DNA of 24,000 nucleotides. Source: Alteromonas sp. 5E99-2. Lineage in GTDB: Bacteria; Pseudomonadota; Gammaproteobacteria; Enterobacterales; Alteromonadaceae. The notes under the pieces were generated by a model. That model had not been told where the DNA came from. It saw nothing but the letters and a program-made list of their open reading frames with translations, and made no database searches. The position numbers and the translations under genes are program-made. The stretch covers positions 22,937 through 46,936 of the forward strand of contig NZ_JAFNJE010000011.1 of assembly GCF_017368475.1 (NCBI RefSeq). Reading direction: 5' to 3'. This document shows, piece by piece, positions 18,042-24,000 of the stretch (position 1 is the first letter of the stretch; each line of letters opens with the position of its first letter).

Positions 18042-18683
18042 TTAATACATACTGTCTTTAATATCTTTAATCACGTTTTTATCAATGGCTTCCACTTCTT
18101 TTTTCTGTAAATCTAAGTGACTAGACATCAATGAAGCTAATGTGGGAGCGTCTTGTGTATCTACTTTGTAGTCGTCTTGCCATACTTTGCCCCTCAAAAT
18201 TGCTTTTGCACAGTGGCCGTAAGCCTCTTGTACAGTTATGACTAACGCCATTTGTGGCAATCTACCTTGTACTGAAAAACGGGCAAGAATATCTGGGTCG
18301 AAAGTAACTTGAGCGTGTCCGTTTACACGTAAAGTAATGGCTATATCAGGGATCATGAAAAGTAACGACACATGACGGGTTTCCATTATATTTCTTATGG
18401 TGTCATAGCGCCTATTTCCCGGTCTATCGGGAATAAGCAACTCACCTGAGTCCGCTACGGTAACAAAACCCGGAGCATCGCCACGAGGGGATATGTCTGT
18501 GCGCCCAGTGTTGTCGTAAGAAGAAATACAACAAAACGGAGATAAAGCAATAAACTCTTTCATGGGTTCGCTAATAAAGCTTGCTGCTTTTGCCCAAATG
18601 CTTTCTGTGGTCTCACCAAATTGCTCTCTTAACTGAGCTTCATTTTTTAATATATATTTATCGTCTATGTTCAGCCCTTGCAT
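18042..18683 (-). CDS. FMN-dependent PPOX-type flavoprotein (pyridoxamine 5'-phosphate oxidase-related, MSMEG_1061-like)
   Basis: 213 aa. ISPRGDAPGFVTVADSGELLIPDRPGNRRYDTIRNI...LLFMIPDIAITLRVNGHAQV...HCAKAILRGKVW is the characteristic pattern of this PPOX subfamily. Confidence 0.8.
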   Translation of the reverse strand: MQGLNIDDKYILKNEAQLREQFGETTESIWAKAASFISEPMKEFIALSPFCCISSYDNTGRTDISPRGDAPGFVTVADSGELLIPDRPGNRRYDTIRNIMETRHVSLLFMIPDIAITLRVNGHAQVTFDPDILARFSVQGRLPQMALVITVQEAYGHCAKAILRGKVWQDDYKVDTQDAPTLASLMSSHLDLQKKEVEAIDKNVIKDIKDSMY

Positions 18684-18858
18684 GCCGTGACCACCATTGT
18701 TAGGATTTAGAAATGTTAACTAATTAACATAAAACCCTAGCACAAAATGAATTTTTTTGTTTCATTCTCGCCTTGTCTAATTTCCGACCAGAGTGAAATA
18801 AAGAGTTTTCTATTAACCCAAGGGTTATTCTAGATGAAACGCCCAAACGGAGACTAAG

Positions 18859-19749
18859 ATGAACCGTAAAGATGCACTTATAGGGGCGTTAGTGGCCGAC
18901 GCCGCAGCCATGGGCCTTCATTGGATGTACGACCAAGATCAAGTCGCGGCAGTAGCGAAAACCGGCGACGTTCTTTTTCGCCAACCTGATGCCCAGACAT
19001 ATAAAGATAAGCGTGGATACTTTGCTCATGGCGTAAAGCGCTCTGGTGAACTGTCTCACTATGGCGAGTCCGCTCGGGTAGTTGGGCAATTGACGGCACA
19101 AAATGATTACTCTACTGAACAACATAGAATTGATTTTTTTGAGTCATTTGGTCCTTGTGGGAATTACTGTGGTTATGCTGACAAACCTACAAAAGTATTG
19201 TTAGCTAAAATGCTTGTTGAAGAAGGGGATATATCGGAGCCTTCTGGCATGGACGACAATCAAATGCCTGCGCTATGTGTTGTTCCAGGTATCTTCGCGT
19301 CTTCACAAGGCGTGGATGTTGCAGAAATGGCAGCGAAAGTAATATCAATTAACGCTGATGTGATTGAGTCGGTTAAAGCCGTATATCAGTGTCTTGAAGA
19401 TATTAATGACGGCTTAAGCTTATCTAAAGCATTAGCTACGGCGGCTGAAAGCACTGAAGGCCCTGTGGGGAAACTGATGCAAGATGCACTTGTAGCTGAT
19501 TTCAATGATATGCGTGAAACAGCGAAGAGCTTTGGTTTGGCGTGCTATATCGAGCATGCCATGCCGGTAGTGTGGTACATACTGAATAACTCAACTGATT
19601 TTGAATCGGCTATTCGCAACAATATTTTATGTGGTGGTGATAGCTGTGGACGCTCTATGGCATTAGGGGCAATTGCCGGTTTAGTCTTTGGGGTTCCTGA
19701 GCACCTTATTGAACGTATGGAAGATAAACGAGTACCCATTAATTTTTAA
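18859..19749 (+). CDS. ADP-ribosylglycohydrolase-family protein (divergent)
   Basis: 296 aa. The N-terminal ALIGALVADAAAMGLHWMYD, central MDDNQ and C-terminal CGGDSCGRSMALGAIAGLVFG follow the ARH-fold layout (GDALG ... DD ... GGD-x-D-T). Several metal-ligand positions are substituted. A ggag SD precedes the ATG. Confidence 0.65.
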   Translation: MNRKDALIGALVADAAAMGLHWMYDQDQVAAVAKTGDVLFRQPDAQTYKDKRGYFAHGVKRSGELSHYGESARVVGQLTAQNDYSTEQHRIDFFESFGPCGNYCGYADKPTKVLLAKMLVEEGDISEPSGMDDNQMPALCVVPGIFASSQGVDVAEMAAKVISINADVIESVKAVYQCLEDINDGLSLSKALATAAESTEGPVGKLMQDALVADFNDMRETAKSFGLACYIEHAMPVVWYILNNSTDFESAIRNNILCGGDSCGRSMALGAIAGLVFGVPEHLIERMEDKRVPINF

Positions 19750-19881
19750 TTTGGATCATTGATGTATAAAGAAAGCGGAAGAGGGGTAATACTTTCTTTC
19801 GCTTAATAAAGATAAAACTATCCAATACGACTAAATCACAGTATTATTAATGATAATAAGTCGTATTATATTTTGTCGCGT

Positions 19882-20199
19882 ATGTTAATTTCAAGTGTTG
19901 TTCTATGGATTGGCTGCTTGCTGGTTTATCTTTCAAGTCCAAACCAGAAGTTACTCAAACATAGTTTACGCAAAAACCTCACCTATTTTTTTTCTGTAGG
20001 GTGTTTCTGTGTAAGTTGGTACGTACTGTTACCTAGTTATTCTGGTGTGATTGCTTTTATTATTATCGTTATTCAAGCGATGGTTATGCTACCTAGTACC
20101 GTTTTTATATTAAGCCATACAAAGCCTAGCCTGGCCTTATACTTACTTAGCGGTTGTGTTTTCTTTTCTTCAATTCACATTCTCGGTTTTACTTTATGA
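19882..20199 (+). CDS. Small multi-pass membrane protein, DUF3325-like
   Basis: 105 aa from ATG 19882 (the track uses TTG 19873). It has three hydrophobic segments. Its stop overlaps the next ATG (ATGA). It is first in an operon ending in a PepSY-TM protein, a pairing I recall for DUF3325 (not searched). Confidence 0.5.
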   Translation: MLISSVVLWIGCLLVYLSSPNQKLLKHSLRKNLTYFFSVGCFCVSWYVLLPSYSGVIAFIIIVIQAMVMLPSTVFILSHTKPSLALYLLSGCVFFSSIHILGFTL

Positions 20200-20453
20200 T
20201 TTCTAAAACTATTGCCAGTGTTTTTGGTGGCTGTTTAGTGTCTATTTCAATTATGCTAAATGTAAACTACCTTGCGCCGGTTCCTTTTGATGTAAAGCTT
20301 TTAATTGGTGTGCTTATTTCTTTTCCATTATGGGTGGCAGCTATGGTGTGGGGGTATAGTAGTACTTCAGGTAAGCAAGCATGGAAAAAGTATGGATTTA
20401 CTTTACTTATTTCAGTGAGCATTAATGCCTTTTTTCTTTTGGAGGCAAAATGA
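20196..20453 (+). CDS. Small membrane protein, DUF3649-like
   Basis: 85 aa from ATG 20196 (MISKTIASVFGGCLVS...LWVAAMVWGYSSTSGKQAWKK...). The track start at 20154 would overlap the upstream gene by 46 nt. A ggagg SD for the next gene lies at its 3' end, and its stop overlaps that gene's ATG (ATGA). Confidence 0.5.
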   Translation: MISKTIASVFGGCLVSISIMLNVNYLAPVPFDVKLLIGVLISFPLWVAAMVWGYSSTSGKQAWKKYGFTLLISVSINAFFLLEAK

Positions 20454-22027
20454 GTAAAGGGTTTATAAGACGTTTAACAGAAGCTCATAGCTGGCTTGGC
20501 CTGTGTATATCAGGTGTGCTTTTTGTGGTGTTTTTTGCCGGTTCAATTTCGTTGTTTAGAGATGAAGTAAAGCAATGGGCGCAGCAACCTCATTATCCTT
20601 TATCTGAAGTAGTAACGGTAAATAAAAAAATACTACCAATAAGTAAGGTTATTGATATCGCCAAAGATGGTGTGGAGCACATTGATCCCGAAGGGCGTAT
20701 TACTCTTGATTCGCCTAAGAAACATTTACCTTATTTTGATGTAAGTTTTGAGCTTTTGGATGTTGAAGGCAAGGCGCAGCGGGTGAATTTTTTAGTTGAT
20801 CCTTACAGCGGAGCCAAATTTGAAACTCATGATAATTTTGAGTTATCTGATTTTATATACGATTTGCACACAGAATTAAATATCCCTACTGGGACTTACA
20901 TTGTGGGCTTCGTTACTTTGTTCCTCTTTTTCGCCGTGATTTCAGGTATTTTTATTCACGCTCGTAAATTGGTTACTAATTTCTTCAAATACCGCCACGA
21001 CAATCAAACTCGAAGTAAATTGTTAGACATGCATAATGTTATTGGTGTTATGAGTATTCCTTTTACTCTTATGTACGCGATGAGCGGGCTCATTTTTAAC
21101 CTTGTCATTATTTATCAAATCGCATTTGCTGTCGTGTTATACAAAGGCGATCAAGAAGCATTATTACACGATGCTGGCGTTCAAGTTGTTAATCCTGAGT
21201 GGCAAGGCAAGCCGCTAGGTACACATGAACTAGATACACTATTTGCTAAAACTTCAGAGCAATACGGTCAGGATCCTTACCTTACACAATTATTTAATTA
21301 CTCAGATGATAGTGCTGTTGCTCGTTTCTTTGTGAGAGAAAAAAACAGCTTAACTAATATTAATGATATCAGCTACAACCTTAAAGATAGCACTGTTTAT
21401 ACACAATATGACGCTGAACATGGCAACGCACTAAGAGAAGGTTTAGGTGTGTTTTCAAGGCTACATTTTGCAGACTTTGCAGGTGTTGATATTCGTATTT
21501 TGTATTTCATCTTGGGGATGGGGGTGTGTGGTCTTATTGTGACAGGTAACTTATTGTGGATAAAAAAACGAGAGAAGCAACGTGGTCAATCTGCAAGAAC
21601 ATTAGACTTCGTAAAACGTTTTACGGTTTGGTCTGCGGGAGGCGTTGTGTTGGCTACTTCCGTTGCATTTTTCGTCGAAAGAGTTTTGCCTATTAGCTTG
21701 CTAAATCGCGCTGATTACATGGCAAGTAGTTTTGTGATAACTCTTGTCTTAAGTGCTGTAATGCTGTGCTTTAAATTTCGTAAGATCACACTACTAAGTT
21801 GGTTTTTGCGCGCTTCAGGGTGCTTATGTGTTGTAACTGTTGCATGTGGTTGGGTAATGTTTAGTGATGAAAACCTTATACTTTGGTCACAAGGAATAAC
21901 GGATATTTTCGCCGTTGATATAGGTTTACTACTTTCGGCTACATTACTAGTATTCATCGGAAACAAACTGATTGATAAGACCTCTGAAACGAATAATTCA
22001 AACGTCGCAAAGGTAGCGGTGTCATAA
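20450..22027 (+). CDS. PepSY-associated TM-helix protein (PiuB-like)
   Basis: 525 aa. The N-terminal RRLTEAHSWLGLCISGVLFVVFFAGSISLFRDEV is the typical PepSY_TM signature. A soluble segment follows, then several more TM helices including LHFADFAG...LWIKKREK. Confidence 0.8.
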   Translation: MSKGFIRRLTEAHSWLGLCISGVLFVVFFAGSISLFRDEVKQWAQQPHYPLSEVVTVNKKILPISKVIDIAKDGVEHIDPEGRITLDSPKKHLPYFDVSFELLDVEGKAQRVNFLVDPYSGAKFETHDNFELSDFIYDLHTELNIPTGTYIVGFVTLFLFFAVISGIFIHARKLVTNFFKYRHDNQTRSKLLDMHNVIGVMSIPFTLMYAMSGLIFNLVIIYQIAFAVVLYKGDQEALLHDAGVQVVNPEWQGKPLGTHELDTLFAKTSEQYGQDPYLTQLFNYSDDSAVARFFVREKNSLTNINDISYNLKDSTVYTQYDAEHGNALREGLGVFSRLHFADFAGVDIRILYFILGMGVCGLIVTGNLLWIKKREKQRGQSARTLDFVKRFTVWSAGGVVLATSVAFFVERVLPISLLNRADYMASSFVITLVLSAVMLCFKFRKITLLSWFLRASGCLCVVTVACGWVMFSDENLILWSQGITDIFAVDIGLLLSATLLVFIGNKLIDKTSETNNSNVAKVAVS

Positions 22028-22039
22028 TTTAATTCTAAA

Positions 22040-22072
22040 AAAGGCTGGAAGATGGCTTCATTTCCAGCCTTT
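22040..22072. terminator. Bidirectional rho-independent terminator-like hairpin
   Basis: An 11-bp stem, aaaggctggaa (22040-22050) / ttccagccttt (22062-22072), with an 11-nt loop. An A-run sits upstream and T residues downstream. It begins 13 nt after the PepSY-TM stop. Confidence 0.6.
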
Positions 22073-22105
22073 GAATACGCACTGAATCAAACTTGGTTAA
22101 AGTTA

Positions 22106-22160
22106 TCAACCTGAATCCTGTTTAAGAAACGGCGCTCAATTCTAACAAACACTTGCACCA
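22106..22160. repeat. Intergenic repeat copy B (uninterrupted 55-nt core)
   Basis: tcaacctgaatcctgtttaagaaacggcgctcaattctaacaaacacttgcacca matches copy A in the same orientation. It ends exactly 24 nt before the stop codon of the minus-strand gene, as copy A does. Confidence 0.65.
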
Positions 22161-22184
22161 TTCCTTCAACAAGATACAGGTTTA

Positions 22185-24000
22185 TTAGTAAACAAGCTTC
22201 AATTTTAAGTTATCGACAACTTTGATTTCACCAGACTGTGTGATGGTGTTATTGTCTGGTTTTTGTCCTTTAGCACCCCATAACACGGCAATCAATTTCA
22301 CAGGGTTGTCGGTGAACGTATTGTTTTTTAGGGAAACATTAACAATACCTCTGTTTTTTATCAGTATTTTCTCTTTTTGGTCTCCACCTGAATGAGTGAC
22401 TGTATTGTTTTCAAATACTAAATTGCCACCAATGGTTGATTCATCATACCCACCTCGGTGGTAGTCCAAAATGACACCGTCTATATGGTCAAATTCAGTA
22501 TTTTTTACAGTTAGAAACTCTACATTATAGTCACCCTTGTCTTTGGTCTCTTTGTTTAAAATAAAACCATTTTTAGTGTTTTCAATTATAGAATCAATAA
22601 CAAGGATAGAGTCTGAAAAAGAGCCTTTAGAAACTTCAAGTACATTAATGAAGTTATAAATCTCACTATTTCGAATAGATAAATTGTAGGCTTTTGACAT
22701 GTTTTTATCTAAAGTTGTAAAGGCGTTCTGTTTGTTGTTTCCTTTTAGAATTACATTATCTAAATACAAATACCCTTTGGGCTGCAGAGAAAATCCGGTG
22801 TGCTTGCTGTTAAAGTGTATTGTCGATTTATCATTTTTATCCGCAGAGCGAATATGAACTTCTTTGTTGATGGCAAGAGGTTGTTTTACAACGTATGTTG
22901 CTGATGCAAGGATGATTTCGTCACCAGATTTTGCGTCTTTAATCGCGTTTGCTAAGTCTTTTGATGTGTTAACTTTAAATGAAGTGGCTTGTTTTTCTGC
23001 TTTTTCAGTAATAAACCAACGTGTTCCGTATTTTGTTTTGTCAATGAGTGGGACATCATTACTACCTGCGCCAACAATAGCGCCAACATTATTGTTTTCT
23101 AATCGGGAATTGCCGAATAGGTCAGTAGTAATTTTATCAAAATCAAAGCCGTGATAAAGATCACTATTGCTTGTAGCTGGATAACTTAAATAGTGTGAGT
23201 GATTTATCATAGTCACGGCTTGAGTCGTGATCCCATCTTTTGCTATATCTGTTTTGTTGCTGTGATTTGAGATATTGTTCTTAAATGTTACACCGTCTAC
23301 TTTGTCATAGTGGTAAATCGGGTACTCTGCGGGCTCTGTATTATAAATAAGGTTATTGGCAAAAATGGTTCTAATGGGTCTTGCGGAACGAATTTCTGAT
23401 TTTGGTAACACGCCGCTTTGGTCAATATTCGATCCCACACTAAAGTGCCATGGTGTGGGTGAATCAATCCAAGAGTTATATGCAATAACAGCATCAGTGA
23501 CTTGGTTGTAGCGATTAAGAGACGATTTTGGAATACCGTTCATCACAGCAATGGGGGCTCTGAACTTCTTACCAGTTAGTTTGTAAAAATAGTTATTGGT
23601 GATCCAATGACCTGTATTGATAACCCTGATACCACCAAAAAACTCCGACTCGCCATCGCCAATAAATACATTGCCGTCAATGGTTGCATAATTACCGTGG
23701 CGCAACACCAACGAACCTTCGCTTTTAAAGAAGATATTGTTTTTAAACTGATTGTAATTTGATTTACTTGAAATGATTTCTACTTCGCCGTTACAGCGGT
23801 CGAAAAAGTTATTTTCAACATTGGTAAAAGAAGGCGTGATAGACGTGCTGCTGTCACCAATTTGCATGGTTTCTCCATGAGGCCCTCCTTTTCTTGGTCT
23901 TGGGCCGAAGTGATTGTTTACTATTTGATGATAGTTGTTGACGTGTTGATTGCCCTTCAATTGCACCATAATTGTAGGTCCAAAATTAGATTTTCCGGCA
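22185..24000 (-). CDS. PL6-family polysaccharide lyase (alginate / poly-beta-D-mannuronate lyase-like), with the N-terminus outside the window
   Basis: The frame stays open upstream of the track's ATG (23969) to base 24000 (AGKSNFGPTI-MVQLKG...), so the gene is truncated by the window. It shows a right-handed beta-helix repeat pattern, and GGPHGETMQIGDS resembles the NGGE-x-hR-hG motif of PL6/chondroitinase-B-like lyases. A second beta-helix-like C-terminal domain is present, as in two-domain PL6 alginate lyases. Confidence 0.7.
   Translation of the reverse strand, partial: AGKSNFGPTIMVQLKGNQHVNNYHQIVNNHFGPRPRKGGPHGETMQIGDSSTSITPSFTNVENNFFDRCNGEVEIISSKSNYNQFKNNIFFKSEGSLVLRHGNYATIDGNVFIGDGESEFFGGIRVINTGHWITNNYFYKLTGKKFRAPIAVMNGIPKSSLNRYNQVTDAVIAYNSWIDSPTPWHFSVGSNIDQSGVLPKSEIRSARPIRTIFANNLIYNTEPAEYPIYHYDKVDGVTFKNNISNHSNKTDIAKDGITTQAVTMINHSHYLSYPATSNSDLYHGFDFDKITTDLFGNSRLENNNVGAIVGAGSNDVPLIDKTKYGTRWFITEKAEKQATSFKVNTSKDLANAIKDAKSGDEIILASATYVVKQPLAINKEVHIRSADKNDKSTIHFNSKHTGFSLQPKGYLYLDNVILKGNNKQNAFTTLDKNMSKAYNLSIRNSEIYNFINVLEVSKGSFSDSILVIDSIIENTKNGFILNKETKDKGDYNVEFLTVKNTEFDHIDGVILDYHRGGYDESTIGGNLVFENNTVTHSGGDQKEKILIKNRGIVNVSLKNNTFTDNPVKLIAVLWGAKGQKPDNNTITQSGEIKVVDNLKLKLVY

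Noticed and set aside
22145-22160. The repeat ends in TTGCACCA, reminiscent of a tRNA 3' end (a tRNA-derived att site?)
   Set aside because: There is no T-arm (GGTTCGAATCC-like with a complementary stem) or acceptor-stem complement upstream in either copy, so I see no evidence of tRNA origin.
22864-23494. 96-aa plus-strand and 65-aa minus-strand ORFs inside the PL6 lyase gene
   Set aside because: Both are fully nested in, or out of frame with, the long lyase ORF and have no independent support.

Overview
This window looks like part of an AT-rich marine gammaproteobacterial chromosome; the Alteromonadales-like origin is an inference from gene content. Bases 1-15130 are conserved housekeeping genes. 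They comprise dolP-diaA-yraN-lpoA (minus strand) divergent from rsmI, and a PLP-dependent ACC-deaminase/D-cysteine-desulfhydrase-family gene. Next comes a thr operon with its own Thr/Ile leader peptide and attenuator (thrL-thrABC), with ung placed 2 nt behind thrC. A small DUF3545-like gene missed by the ORF track, tal-pgi and yaaA complete this part. From about 15.2 kb the content becomes accessory. It starts with an intact AHL-type luxR and a divergent luxI reduced to its C-terminal ~120 codons. Two closely related lux-box-like palindromes follow, the second upstream of an orphan operon (a 28-codon ORF plus a 313-aa protein of no recognisable family). Then comes a 4.3-kb block bracketed by two copies of a 55-nt direct repeat, carrying a PPOX-type flavoprotein, an ADP-ribosylglycohydrolase-family protein and a DUF3325-like/DUF3649-like/PepSY-TM operon. 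The window ends inside a PL6 polysaccharide (alginate) lyase gene. I saw no rRNA, tRNA, CRISPR array, transposase or integrase. The most interesting signal is the decaying quorum-sensing locus and the orphan operon predicted to depend on its LuxR. I cannot assign that operon a function, and every family call is from reading the translations, not from a database search.
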